Shown here piece by piece: positions 10,381 through 20,218 of a DNA stretch of 64,000 nucleotides. The translations under genes and the position numbers were made by a program. This stretch comes from Patescibacteria group bacterium (GTDB lineage Bacteria; Patescibacteriota; Microgenomatia; 0-14-0-10-38-17). Each line of letters starts with the position of its first letter. Within the stretch, counting starts at the first letter, position 1. The DNA is taken from positions 22,433 through 86,432 of the forward strand of contig JBMNVW010000004.1 of the NCBI GenBank assembly GCA_050947035.1, given 5' to 3'. The notes below the pieces were generated by a model. The model did no database searches, was not told the origin of the DNA, and saw nothing but the letters and a program-made list of their open reading frames with translations.

Positions 10381-10527
10381 AAAAATAACAAATTCTAAAT
10401 GCTAATATTTAAGTTCCAAACAATTTCTAAGCACTAAATTCTAAATACTAAAAATTGTTTAGGATTTGATTTCATGTTTTGGGTATTCTAATTTGTTTGG
10501 ATCTTCGAATTTCGGATTTAGAGATTA
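10381..10527. repeat. Heptamer-periodic imperfect inverted repeat region
   Basis: CTAAATT/CTAAATA-type 7-mers mirrored by TTTGGAT/TTTAGAG-type 7-mers. Confidence 0.55.
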
Positions 10528-10722
10528 TTACTTTCCCATTATTTTTTTAATCTTTTTGGCCATGGTGCCCGAAATCTCTTTTTTCTTTTTATATTTACCT
10601 TTTTGAGTTTTGCTTTTGCTTTTTTTCAGATGTCGGCCAAAAGCTGGTCGATGAAGAACTTTACCCTTTTTAGTAACCTTGAATCTTTTGGCTAGTGATT
10701 TTTTAGTTTTTTGTTTATTCAT
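10528..10722 (-). CDS. rpmI: 50S ribosomal protein L35
   Basis: KQKTKKSLAKRFKVTKKGKV..H; infC-rpmI-rplT order. Confidence 0.93.
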   Translation of the reverse strand: MNKQKTKKSLAKRFKVTKKGKVLHRPAFGRHLKKSKSKTQKGKYKKKKEISGTMAKKIKKIMGK

Positions 10723-10766
10723 GAGAATAAGTTAGAGAAAATATTATTTTCAAAATTAAGTATTTT

Positions 10767-11285
10767 TTATTTATTAGCCGGTGTTAAGGTAAAAATTAAA
10801 CTTCTTCCTGCCATTTTTGGCTTTTTAATCGGTGAACCAAACGAAGCTAATTTTTCAATAAACTTTTCGGCCAAATCAAAACCGGCTTTTTGGTTGGTCA
10901 TTTCTCGACCGCGAAAATTAATAGTAATCTGAACCCGATTACCGTCTTTTAAAAATTCTTCGGCTCGCTTAATTCGGAAATTTAAATCGTTATCAGAAAT
11001 AAATGGTCGAATTCGCAATTCTTTGGTTTCTTGCTTTTGGCCTAATTTTTTACTTTTTTTACTTTTTTTACTTTCTAAGTATTGAAATTTTTTAAAATCA
11101 ATAATTTTAGCGACTGGGGGTTTTGCTTTGGGGGCGATCTCAACCAGATCCTTGTCCTCTTTTTGGGCTAACTTTAAGGCTTGATCGCGATCCAAAATGT
11201 CAATTTGTTTGCCGTTTTCATCAATAACCCGCAGTTTATCCGCTTTAATATATTGATTGATTTGATAAAATTTAGCTGAATTCAA
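10767..11285 (-). CDS. infC: Translation initiation factor IF-3 (non-AUG start)
   Basis: INQYI..LRVIDENG, DLVEIAP.AKPPVAKIIDF, KELR, FRGRE; no in-frame ATG before upstream TAA, so TTG start. Confidence 0.96.
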   Translation of the reverse strand: MNSAKFYQINQYIKADKLRVIDENGKQIDILDRDQALKLAQKEDKDLVEIAPKAKPPVAKIIDFKKFQYLESKKSKKSKKLGQKQETKELRIRPFISDNDLNFRIKRAEEFLKDGNRVQITINFRGREMTNQKAGFDLAEKFIEKLASFGSPIKKPKMAGRSLIFTLTPANK

Positions 11286-11408
11286 TTTATTACTTTTTTC
11301 AAAACTTTGGGCTTTAGTTTAACATGGGCAGGGTTGATTAGCAACATTATCTTCTTTAAAAAAATTTTTATTTAAAATAATAATCTTCACCAGAGAAGAA
11401 TAAAAAAA

Positions 11409-13145
11409 TTAGTTGGCGTTAATAATTTTTAAAAATTCTTTTAATTTCATTTCTCCTAAAACTTCCTCTCCCCTTTTTCTAATATTAACGGTTTTTGCCT
11501 TTTCTTCCTTAGCGCCGATGATTATCATGTAAGGAATTTTTTCCTCTTCGGCTTGATGAATTTTTTTAGAGGCGGTATCGTTATTATCGTTAATCTCGGT
11601 TCTAACATTATAGTCTTTTGTTAGTTTTTCTTTAATTTTTTTAGCATAAGCAACTTGCTGGTCGGTAATAGGGATAATTATTATTTGAGTTGGCGATAAC
11701 CAAAAGGGAAACTTGCCGCCATTATCTTCAATTAAGATACCTAAAAAGCGCTCCAAAGAACCGTAGACTACTCGATGAATCATTACTGGTCGAACCCTTT
11801 TCCCCTCTTCGTTGGTGTAGTGAAGATCGAAGTTTTCCGGTTGGGCAAAGTCAAGCTGAATGGTGGAACACTGCCAGGTGCGGCCTAAACTATCTTTAAG
11901 ATGAAAATCGATTTTAGGTCCGTAAAAAGCGCCGTCACCTTCATTGATTTGGTAATCAACTTGGCTCTCCTTTAGGGTTTTTTTCATTACTTTTTCGGCC
12001 TCTTGCCAAATTTCATCAGAACCAATGGAATTTTTGGGTCGAGTTGATAATTCTAGATGGTCCAGCTTGAGGTTAAATTTCTGGTAGAATTTAAAGCATA
12101 AATCTATTACCCCTTTTATTTCTTCTTTTACTTGTTTTTTAGTACAAAAAATATGAGCATCATCTTGAGTAAATTCTCGAGTCCTGATGATGCCGTGTAA
12201 TTCTCCTGAGGCCTCATAACGATGGACAACTCCCAATTCTCCCATTCGCAAGGGTAAATCACGATATGATTTAGGCGAATTTTTAAAGATTAAAATTCCT
12301 CCGTCGCAGTTCATGGGTTTGAGGCTTAAGTTCCAATCTTTGCTGTCGGGGCCGAAAACGCGATACATTTTATCGGCAAACGATTTGAGGTGGCCACTTG
12401 TTTCCCAAATAGAGTTTCTGAGAACCTCAGGAGTGCGGACCTCAAGATAGCCAGCCTTCTTGTGTTCTTGTCGCCAATAACGGGCGAGTTTTTTCATCAA
12501 AAAATGCCCCTTAGGATGCCAAAAAACATCACCGGGAGCCGCTTCTGGATGGAAAGAAAAGAGATCCAGCTTTTTGCCAATTAGGCGATGGTCTTGCTTT
12601 TTAGCTTTTTCCAGTTGAGCCAAATATTGATCTAAGTCTTTTTGGTTGGCAAAACAAGTGCCGTAAATTCTGGTTAATTGAGGTTTGTTTTCGTCGCCCC
12701 GCCAGTAGGCGCCGGCTAAAGATAATAATTTAAAGGGACCGATTTCTTTAGTTGAAGCCAAGTGGGGCCCGGAGCAAAGATCAGCAAAATCGCCGATTTG
12801 ATAAATAGAAAATTTTTTTTGCCCTTTCTTTTCCAGGTCGGCAATTAACTCTAACTTAAAGGGTTGATCGGCAAAAGTTTTTTGGGCTTTTTTAAGGCTA
12901 ATTTCTTTTTTTTCAAAAGGTAAATCAGCCCGAATAATTTTTTCCATTTCTTTGGCGATTTTTTCTAGTTTATCTTCCGACAAGGGCTCTTGGAAATCAA
13001 AGTCATAATAGAAGCCATTATCAATCGCCGGACCGATAGCAAACTTGATTTTTGGATAAAGATTTTTTACGGCTGCTGCCAAAACATGAGCGCAAGAATG
13101 ACGCATAATGGCAAGTCGATCAGATTTTGAGGAAGAAGAATTCAT
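11409..13145 (-). CDS. thrS: Threonine-tRNA ligase (no N-terminal TGS domain)
   Basis: RHSCAH, DLCSGPH, GAYWRGD, KPMNC, FTQDDAHIF, GAFYGPKID. Confidence 0.97.
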   Translation of the reverse strand: MNSSSSKSDRLAIMRHSCAHVLAAAVKNLYPKIKFAIGPAIDNGFYYDFDFQEPLSEDKLEKIAKEMEKIIRADLPFEKKEISLKKAQKTFADQPFKLELIADLEKKGQKKFSIYQIGDFADLCSGPHLASTKEIGPFKLLSLAGAYWRGDENKPQLTRIYGTCFANQKDLDQYLAQLEKAKKQDHRLIGKKLDLFSFHPEAAPGDVFWHPKGHFLMKKLARYWRQEHKKAGYLEVRTPEVLRNSIWETSGHLKSFADKMYRVFGPDSKDWNLSLKPMNCDGGILIFKNSPKSYRDLPLRMGELGVVHRYEASGELHGIIRTREFTQDDAHIFCTKKQVKEEIKGVIDLCFKFYQKFNLKLDHLELSTRPKNSIGSDEIWQEAEKVMKKTLKESQVDYQINEGDGAFYGPKIDFHLKDSLGRTWQCSTIQLDFAQPENFDLHYTNEEGKRVRPVMIHRVVYGSLERFLGILIEDNGGKFPFWLSPTQIIIIPITDQQVAYAKKIKEKLTKDYNVRTEINDNNDTASKKIHQAEEEKIPYMIIIGAKEEKAKTVNIRKRGEEVLGEMKLKEFLKIINAN

Positions 13146-13242
13146 ATTAATTGGTCCCTATAGTAATATAGTAATTGCTTCTTAATTTCTAATGATTTAA
13201 AAATTTTTTATTTTTGATTTTTAATTGTCAACTGATCTTTAG

Positions 13243-13316
13243 TGCACGCGCCTGGACTCGAACCAGGGACCTTCCGCATGTCAAGCGGATACTCTAACCA
13301 ACTGAGCCACGCGTGC
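13243..13316 (-). tRNA. tRNA-Val(GAC)
   Basis: Reverse complement GCACGCGTGGCTCAGTTGG..CCGC-TTGACAT-GCGG..GGTTCGAGTCC..CGCGTGCA cloverleaf. Confidence 0.95.
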
Positions 13317-13448
13317 AAAATTAGTCATTAGCTAAGCCTAGCTTTTTTTATTATACTACACTCCTTTTTGCTCTTCAGCCTTCTTGTTGATCAGCTTTTC
13401 TCTAAAGGTCCGAAGCTATTCGACCCTAAGGGTCGGAAAGGACTGTTT

Positions 13449-14069
13449 TTATCCGGTTTGGGTGGCGGGAGTGCGATCGGCAGAGAGTAAAAACTTAGTG
13501 CCCGATTTTTTGACTTGGTTCCAGAAACGACCTTTTTTCTGGCTTCTTTTTTGGAAGGTTGTTAACCAAGTGTTCCCCTCTTCGACCCTTTCCCTTAAGT
13601 CATTTAAGAAGGTTAGCAACAGCTCCAAAAAGTTAAGTTGGTATTGGCTTTCTTGGGGAACATTTTCTTGAGCAACGGCATCAATTTCTTCTACCTGGCG
13701 ATTTATTTGGTTCATATTAGCGGCAATAGTTTTAATTTCTTCTCTAATTTGGTTAATTTTTGTTGTTGTTTCTTGACGGTTTTTTATTTTTAGTGAAGTT
13801 TCGGCAAGGTTGTGTCTTTGTTTGAAGTGAAGCCTTTCTTGATGGTTAATTTGTTGTTGAGGCGTTTCTGTTTTTTCTTGAGGTCTTATTGTTTGGCCGG
13901 GATAAATTTCTGCCTGGTGGTTGGTTTTTTGGACGGTTATTTGTTCCCAAAATTCTCTTGGGAATTCCTTGGTTATCTCGTCTTTTAAGTTTAGGCCAGC
14001 CCAATCCCTTTCTGAAGAAGATTTTTTTTGTGGATGGTTATTGTTACCCTGAGCAACCTTTTTGGCCAT
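13449..14069 (-). CDS. Hypothetical coiled-coil protein (DUF5660-like, CPR)
   Basis: C-terminal YQLNFLE..WL..KKGRFW..GTKFLLSADR pattern recalled from Microgenomates proteins; ATG at 14069. Confidence 0.55.
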   Translation of the reverse strand: MAKKVAQGNNNHPQKKSSSERDWAGLNLKDEITKEFPREFWEQITVQKTNHQAEIYPGQTIRPQEKTETPQQQINHQERLHFKQRHNLAETSLKIKNRQETTTKINQIREEIKTIAANMNQINRQVEEIDAVAQENVPQESQYQLNFLELLLTFLNDLRERVEEGNTWLTTFQKRSQKKGRFWNQVKKSGTKFLLSADRTPATQTG

Positions 14070-14110
14070 TGGCAAAAAGAAAAATATGGGCAGATCTATA
14101 GCCTATTTTA

Positions 14111-15034
14111 CTATAAGCTTTGAAGGAACTCAAGGGTTTTTTGTCTTCTAATCATCGAGGAAAGCATGTAGCGCTGATTAGAAAGTTGGGCTTTTTCTTT
14201 TTTATTTTCAATTTTCTTTAAGGCCTTTTCAATGTCTTGTTCTGAAACAGTAATTTTTTCTTTGTCGGCAATTTTATTAAGGGCTAGTTCCAATTTCCAA
14301 TTTTTTTCGCTTTCTTGGCGATATTCATCCTTTATGGAATCAACAGTCTTACCAAGAGTAGCCAAATATTGATCTAACGACAGGCCCATTTTTTCGGTTT
14401 TTTCGATTAAATTAGCCAATTTTTGGTTAACTTCGTTATCAATTAAAACTTTGGGCAAGACCACTTCAACGTTTTTGGCCAGAACGTCGATTATTTTTTG
14501 AAATTTTTCTGCTTTTTTTAAAGACTCATCTTGAGGGGTTTTTTTATCTTTTTTATCCTTTTCTGGTGTCCAAATAGCCTCTTTGGCAAAAGTTTTTTTA
14601 ATTTTTTCTTGATAATCATTTAGGTCTATCTCTGGCAGTTCACAAGTAGTAAATTCGACCAACCAATTTTCCCCCTCTTTGGCCGAGACCAGTTTGGCTT
14701 GAGGAGCGACAATGGGTTTTAGTTGATTTTCCTTAATAGCTTTTTGGTAAACCTTTGGCAAAAGTTGATTAATGGCCTGTTGATAAATTTCATTTTTACC
14801 AACGACCTTCTCTACCCTTTCTTTAGGAGCTTTTCCTTTTCTGAAACCCTTGATTTCGGTGGTTTTTTGTAGTTTCTCAAGAGCTTGATCATATTCTGCT
14901 TTTATTTCCTGCTGAGGTAATTTAGCCTCAATTTTAATAGTGTTATCTTTTAGTCGGCTAATTTCAATTTGAGGAGAATCGGTCTTGGAATTTGGGGCCG
15001 GTTTTTTTTGGTTGCTTTTCTTTTTATTAGCCAT
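14111..15034 (-). CDS. tig: Trigger factor (lacks central FKBP domain)
   Basis: GFRKGKAP ribosome-binding signature, C-terminal chaperone domain; likely start MANKK at 15034. Confidence 0.9.
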   Translation of the reverse strand: MANKKKSNQKKPAPNSKTDSPQIEISRLKDNTIKIEAKLPQQEIKAEYDQALEKLQKTTEIKGFRKGKAPKERVEKVVGKNEIYQQAINQLLPKVYQKAIKENQLKPIVAPQAKLVSAKEGENWLVEFTTCELPEIDLNDYQEKIKKTFAKEAIWTPEKDKKDKKTPQDESLKKAEKFQKIIDVLAKNVEVVLPKVLIDNEVNQKLANLIEKTEKMGLSLDQYLATLGKTVDSIKDEYRQESEKNWKLELALNKIADKEKITVSEQDIEKALKKIENKKEKAQLSNQRYMLSSMIRRQKTLEFLQSL

Positions 15035-15200
15035 AATGTTGTGGTCGCCTAATTCTTGGTCGATCAATTTGTTGTCTTTTGACTGGAAACCCCCGCGGCT
15101 TTTTCCATTTAGGTGTTTTGGGCGGGTGATATTCTTCTGAGTCTGATTTTTCTGGGGAAGGGTTCTTGTCCTTTTTATTTTTTTGGTTATTTTTCTTCAT
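15027..15200 (-). CDS. Small basic protein (57 aa), not in ORF track
   Basis: MKKNNQKNKKDKNPSPEKSDSEEYHPPKTPKWKKPRGFPVKRQQIDRPRIRRPQHYG*; stop overlaps tig start; TGaTAAAAT upstream. Confidence 0.55.
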   Translation of the reverse strand: MKKNNQKNKKDKNPSPEKSDSEEYHPPKTPKWKKPRGFPVKRQQIDRPRIRRPQHYG

Positions 15201-15300
15201 GGCGAGCCCTATTTTATCATGATCGTTTGGCCTTAGGCAAGCTTTTTTTAGGAGTTTTTTAGTAAAAAATGGCTGGCCCTATGGTTTTTTTGGATCTTAC

Positions 15301-15329
15301 TTGACAACAAGATAAGGCTTTAATATCCT
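15301..15329 (+). promoter_or_regulatory. Sigma70-like promoter
   Basis: TTGACA-17 nt-TATCCT upstream of 15352. Confidence 0.55.
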
Positions 15330-15351
15330 GTTGTTAGAGGTTTTTATTTAA

Positions 15352-15969
15352 ATGAAAAAAAATCATAAACTAAGTTTGAGATTCGTTTTTTCACTTTGGT
15401 TGATTTTTCTTCTTCCCGGCTCTTTAGTTTTATCTTTTTGGCTATTAAGGTTAAATCAAGATAGTTATCAAAAATTTTTAGCCCAAAATAAAATTAATTA
15501 TCAGTCTCACCTGTCACCAGCCCCGGTTCGGCTTTATCAGGCTCTTCCCAGTGGGTCGGGAACGGTTTCTTTTGAGGTTGGCACTGCCGATGCTCGACCG
15601 GTTATTATTAGACAGTATTTAGAAAAACATCGTTCCCCCTTGACTTCTCAGGCTGATTATTTTTTTAAAATTGCCCAAAAGTATAATTTAGACTATCGTC
15701 TTCTTGTTGCTATTGCCCAGCAAGAATCTAATTTGGGTAAAAAGATTCCCGAGGGAACTTATAACGCTTGGGGGTGGGGAATTCACTCAGAAGGAACATT
15801 AGGGTTTTCTTCTTGGGAGGAAGGAATAGAAACAGTGGCTAAAGGCTTAAGAGAAAATTATTTAGATAAAGGCTTTGTTAATTTAGAGCAAATAGCGGCT
15901 CGTTATGCTCCCCCTTCCAAAGAAGCCTGGGCCTTCGGGGTTAGTCAGTTTATGGGCGAAATGGAGTAA
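15352..15969 (+). CDS. Membrane-anchored lysozyme-like/glucosaminidase-domain protein
   Basis: N-terminal TM; DYRLLVAIAQQES..YNAWGWG..FSSWEEGI..YAPPS. Confidence 0.7.
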   Translation: MKKNHKLSLRFVFSLWLIFLLPGSLVLSFWLLRLNQDSYQKFLAQNKINYQSHLSPAPVRLYQALPSGSGTVSFEVGTADARPVIIRQYLEKHRSPLTSQADYFFKIAQKYNLDYRLLVAIAQQESNLGKKIPEGTYNAWGWGIHSEGTLGFSSWEEGIETVAKGLRENYLDKGFVNLEQIAARYAPPSKEAWAFGVSQFMGEME

Positions 15970-16021
15970 CAAAGGACATTAAAAGTCACGAACAGATTAA
16001 TAATAGCCCGAAACTATTCGT

Positions 16022-16792
16022 TTATTTTGTTTTGTATTTGTGTGATTTGTGTACTTTAGCCAATAGGAATATCGAGGGGCCGAAATTAATTTTTGCCAAG
16101 ATTGGTTGAAAGAGTTTTTCTCCCCAAAGAAGGATTCCAGTAGGAATAATTTTTTTTAAAATTGGCAGACGAAAATTAGAAACCGATAGCCGGTCAATAA
16201 TCTCAAAATCTGATCTTTTCAAAGATTGGTTGATTTTTTTTGGGTGGTGGTTTAGAAAAAGGATCGTTTCTTGGTTTAGATTGGCTGGTGATCGACGATC
16301 ATAGGGAGACTCTTCCTTTAAGAAAGAAAAATTTCCTCTAAAAATAGCTTTGATTTTAGCTTTAAAGTTAATTTTATTAGCAAACTCCAAAATTAAATAA
16401 CCGTCACTTTTTAGGTGATGGTTAATATTTTTCAAGACTAAATCAAGATTTTTAATATGATGAGCGACACGGATAAATAAAACAACGTCAAACTTTTCTG
16501 ACAATTCTAAGTTTTCAGCCTGGCCTTGTTTAAATTTAAGATTTTGATATTTTAAGTTTTTTTTAGCTTGATTAATTAACCTTTTGGCTGGTTCGACTAA
16601 AAGACAGAAAGAGAATTTGTCAGCGTAAAATGGGGTAATTCGGCCAAATCCGGCTCCAATATCAAGAAGAGTTTTTTGTTTTTTTAAGGGAATTTGAGCA
16701 AAAAGCCTTTTTAAAGCCAGAGTTTCGGCTTCATGTTCGTATTCCCTTCCCCGCCAATAGCGCTGGTAATCGTAATGATCGTAAAAGGCCAT
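16022..16792 (-). CDS. Class I SAM-dependent methyltransferase
   Basis: LLDIGAGFGR motif I, FDVV..VAHHI, LKSDGYLILE. Confidence 0.85.
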   Translation of the reverse strand: MAFYDHYDYQRYWRGREYEHEAETLALKRLFAQIPLKKQKTLLDIGAGFGRITPFYADKFSFCLLVEPAKRLINQAKKNLKYQNLKFKQGQAENLELSEKFDVVLFIRVAHHIKNLDLVLKNINHHLKSDGYLILEFANKINFKAKIKAIFRGNFSFLKEESPYDRRSPANLNQETILFLNHHPKKINQSLKRSDFEIIDRLSVSNFRLPILKKIIPTGILLWGEKLFQPILAKINFGPSIFLLAKVHKSHKYKTK

Positions 16793-16814
16793 TTTTTAAA
16801 AAAGAGGTTATATT

Positions 16815-17234
16815 CTATTTTTTCCTTTTTTCTTCTTTTTTGAGGCAATTTAGACAAGTGGTGGCTTCCGGATAAATCATTAAGCGATCAGTGTCAATAA
16901 GCTTGCCGCATTTTTCGCAAGTACCATATTGGCCAATTTTTACTCGAGTTAAAGCTTTGCGAACCTGAATTAATCGTTTTTGAAGCTGTTTTTGGATGGC
17001 CTTATTTTTCATGTGACCAAATTGCTCTTCGGCGTCAGTATCGGGGGAAGCGTTATTAGAAGCTCGATCTGGATCAGCAAAGGGGTCTTCCGTTTTTAGA
17101 TTTTTAATCTTTTTTAAAATTTTCTTTTCTTCATCGATAAAAAATTTGCCAATTGGGACTAGTAGGTCAGCCGGGAAGGTAAGTTTTTCTTTTTGGCCCT
17201 TTTTAGTGATTGACTTTTTTTTCTTTTTAGCCAT
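16815..17234 (-). CDS. TraR/DksA C4 zinc-finger protein
   Basis: ALTRVKIGQYGTCEKCGKLI..RL..PEATTCLNC. Confidence 0.88.
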   Translation of the reverse strand: MAKKKKKSITKKGQKEKLTFPADLLVPIGKFFIDEEKKILKKIKNLKTEDPFADPDRASNNASPDTDAEEQFGHMKNKAIQKQLQKRLIQVRKALTRVKIGQYGTCEKCGKLIDTDRLMIYPEATTCLNCLKKEEKRKK

Positions 17235-17236
17235 TT

Positions 17237-17965
17237 TTAGTTATTTTTACTTTTATTTAAGAAAGTAATGAATCTTTGGGCTGGTCTACTTTCTGATCTT
17301 AGAAAAAAATAAATTACCGCCCAAATAAATAGGCCTAAGCCCAAGAACGCCTCTAAGTATAAACCACCGGGCAAGAAAAAAGCAAGTAAAGAAAAACCTA
17401 AAAACAAAATAGCGCTAGCCCCTAAAAAGGCAAAACCGATTTTTCCGGATGGATACCAAATTAAAGATCGATAAGATTTTAGGGCCCAAAAAGACCAAGC
17501 GACAGCAAATAAGTTTAATATTAAACTAGCTAAATATAAAACCCCTTGGCTAACCAAGAATTGGCCTAAAAAAAAGCCAATGAAGAAAGTTAATAAGGGC
17601 AAGAGGGCCTGATCAGTTATTTTCCAAATCTGAAATTGATATCTTTTTGCCCAAATCTTACTAGTGACAATTATTCCTAAAAATCCTCCCGCAAAAGATA
17701 GCCCCGGGTAGCGCCAAAGAAGAAAAAATTTTATTATCGAATTGATTTGGGCCGTATTGGCAAGGCAAAAAATCAATCGAGCCCCAATTAACCAAGCTAA
17801 GATATTATTAAAGACAAAACTAATTGTTTTTTCATCATTAGCAAATTCTTCTTTGGTTTGGCAAAAAAACCAAAAAGAGGCCAGTAAAAAAGCCAAAAAA
17901 AGGCAAAGGCCAAAAACAGTTATGCTGGCATTTCCCCAAGGAAGATTAATAAGATTAATAGTCAT
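17237..17965 (-). CDS. Prolipoprotein diacylglyceryl transferase-like membrane protein (divergent Lgt)
   Basis: Polytopic; IGARL and W..PGLSFAGG motifs. Confidence 0.6.
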   Translation of the reverse strand: MTINLINLPWGNASITVFGLCLFLAFLLASFWFFCQTKEEFANDEKTISFVFNNILAWLIGARLIFCLANTAQINSIIKFFLLWRYPGLSFAGGFLGIIVTSKIWAKRYQFQIWKITDQALLPLLTFFIGFFLGQFLVSQGVLYLASLILNLFAVAWSFWALKSYRSLIWYPSGKIGFAFLGASAILFLGFSLLAFFLPGGLYLEAFLGLGLFIWAVIYFFLRSESRPAQRFITFLNKSKNN

Positions 17966-17972
17966 GGTTTTT

Positions 17973-19289
17973 TTAGGCCTTTTTCTCTAAAGGATAAAAG
18001 CTAATTTGTTTTTGAAGAAAACGCAGGTTAATTAAACCAATTGGGCCATTGCGGTGTTTGGCAATTTCTAAAATGATATTTTCTCGATTTTCATCGTCTT
18101 CTCGATACAAAAACATAACGACGTCGGAATCCTGTTCAATTGAGCCACTTTCTCGGAGGTCGGCTAATCTTGGCCTTTGTCCTCCCCTAACCTCAACCGC
18201 TCGAGAAAGTTGAGATAAAGATAAAACCGGGATTTTTAATTCGCGAGCCAAATTTTTTAAGCCTTGAGAAATTTCGGAAACTTCTTGAACTCGATTCTCA
18301 ATGTTATTGCGGCCGTGAATTAATTGTAGATAGTCAACAATTAAAAGCTTTAATCCCTTTTCCATTTGCAGCCTTCGGGCCTTAGTGCGCATTTCTAGTA
18401 TTGAAATACCAGGAGTATCGTCAATATATAAAGGGGCTTCAGCCAAAGTTCCCATGGCGTCAGAAAGGCGAGAAAAGTCATCTTCGTCTAATCGACCTGT
18501 TTTTAGTTTCCAGCTGTCAATTTGGGCTTGGCGAACCAGGAGTCGATCGACTAGCTCTTCCTGGCTCATTTCTAAAGAAAAAAATCCAGTTGGAATTTTT
18601 TCTTCAACAGCAATATGGCGAGCGATGTTCAAACTGAGAGCGGTTTTACCAATTCCCGGTCGGGCGGCCAAAACGATCAGGTTAGAATTTTGCATACCAG
18701 CCAAAAGGCTATCTAACTGAGAAAAACCAGTCGGCAAACCCCTTAAACCACTAGATTTTTTGTGCAATTCGTCTAGACGATCAAAGGATTCAATCAGGGC
18801 GTCTTTTACTGGAATAAAGCTTCGGGTAACTCCGGATTGGGAGATGGAAAAAATTTCTTTTTCGGCTTCTTCCAAAACTTCGCTTGATTCCTTAGATTCG
18901 TTAAAGGCCAAAGTTGAGATTCGGCTGGAAGCAGAAATTAACTGTCTCTTAATCCAGTTTCTTTTAATAATCTGAGCGTATTCTTCAACGTTAACAGCGG
19001 TGGCAACGCGGTTAGTCAAGTCGGCTAAGTAAGAAGCGCCTCCAATTTGGCTAAAGTCTTTGGTTTTTTTAAGCTCTGAAGTTAGGGTAACCAAATCAAT
19101 TGGCCGGCGATTTTCATAAAGCTTAAGAGCGATTTCGTAAATTCGACCGTTGTTTTCGTTATAAAAGTTTTCCGGCTTAAGAAGGGGGGCAATAATGGAA
19201 ATAGCATCTTTATCAATTAGTATTGAGCCCAAGACTGATTCTTCGGCTTCGTTGGAATGGGGGGGAACTTTAGCTTTATTTTTAGCCAT
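17973..19289 (-). CDS. dnaB: Replicative DNA helicase
   Basis: PPHS.EAEESVLG, AARPGIGKT, FSLEM, DYLQL, SQLSR, DLRESGSIEQD, KHRNGP. Confidence 0.98.
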   Translation of the reverse strand: MAKNKAKVPPHSNEAEESVLGSILIDKDAISIIAPLLKPENFYNENNGRIYEIALKLYENRRPIDLVTLTSELKKTKDFSQIGGASYLADLTNRVATAVNVEEYAQIIKRNWIKRQLISASSRISTLAFNESKESSEVLEEAEKEIFSISQSGVTRSFIPVKDALIESFDRLDELHKKSSGLRGLPTGFSQLDSLLAGMQNSNLIVLAARPGIGKTALSLNIARHIAVEEKIPTGFFSLEMSQEELVDRLLVRQAQIDSWKLKTGRLDEDDFSRLSDAMGTLAEAPLYIDDTPGISILEMRTKARRLQMEKGLKLLIVDYLQLIHGRNNIENRVQEVSEISQGLKNLARELKIPVLSLSQLSRAVEVRGGQRPRLADLRESGSIEQDSDVVMFLYREDDENRENIILEIAKHRNGPIGLINLRFLQKQISFYPLEKKA

Positions 19290-19402
19290 TTCTTATTGTT
19301 AATTATAGTCCAAAACTAACATAAATTGCCAGTTTAGTAAAGTTTGATAGATAATGGCCAATTTATTAGTCGCAAAGACAAAGGGGCAAGTTTTGAAAGG
19401 GC

Positions 19403-20053
19403 CTATTTACCGCGGCTTTCCAGTAGAACAACTTTTTCTTCTTCGTCGCTAAAACTGCTTTTGCCAACAATTAATTTTGGTTCACAAATTGCTGTGTTAC
19501 CAGTTTCTTTTAAAAATTTATTAATTGCCTCAATTTTGCCAAGTGAAGAGCGGCTATATTCTTTAATATAATGAATCGGAAAAATAATTTTGGCCTGGAG
19601 TTGTCGAGCAATTTCGGTGGCATATTTAGCGGTTAAGCCCCTTTTTTCTCCGAGAGGTAAGAAAAGAATATCAGGAGAATCTAGTTGGGCCAAAGAGTCC
19701 TTACTTAAGGGATGATTTAGCTGTCCTAAATGAGCCAATCTAATTCCGCCAGTATGGATTAAATAGATTGTATTATCACTTCTTTCTTTTTCTTTATTGT
19801 TTTCTTGATAAGAAGAAATACCGAGAATATTAATACCGCCAATTTCATATTCGCCTGGAGCCTCGATAACAAAAGCCTGATTATCAAATGCTTGACTATT
19901 ATTGTGAAGGGAGCCGGGTCGGCTAATAGTAATTAGATTGGGCTTAACTTGGGGCATTTTTAGATTAGTTTTAGGATCATAGGGATCAGTAACAATAATG
20001 CCCTTTTTAGTGCGAATCCGAAAACTGCCAAAGCCCAAATACCAAATCTCCAT
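19403..20053 (-). CDS. MBL-fold protein with degenerate metal ligands
   Basis: EIWYLG..F.I, IVTDPY, PGEYEIGG, AHLG.L, FPIHY; HxHxDH replaced by RPGSLH. Confidence 0.75.
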   Translation of the reverse strand: MEIWYLGFGSFRIRTKKGIIVTDPYDPKTNLKMPQVKPNLITISRPGSLHNNSQAFDNQAFVIEAPGEYEIGGINILGISSYQENNKEKERSDNTIYLIHTGGIRLAHLGQLNHPLSKDSLAQLDSPDILFLPLGEKRGLTAKYATEIARQLQAKIIFPIHYIKEYSRSSLGKIEAINKFLKETGNTAICEPKLIVGKSSFSDEEEKVVLLESRGK

Positions 20054-20176
20054 AATTTATAATTTACCACAAGAAACAGCTAATAACAATTAAAGATTCA
20101 GATTTTTTAAAATTATTATTAATTTTTAACTTTTAATCTTGGAGTGAATGTAGTTTATTAAAATGTATTAAACTTA

Positions 20177-20205
20177 TTGACAACATCTCTTGAGCGGGTT
20201 ATATT
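20177..20205 (+). promoter_or_regulatory. Sigma70-like promoter
   Basis: TTGACA-17 nt-TATATT upstream of ATG 20219. Confidence 0.6.
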
Positions 20206-20218
20206 TAAAAAAAGAAGT

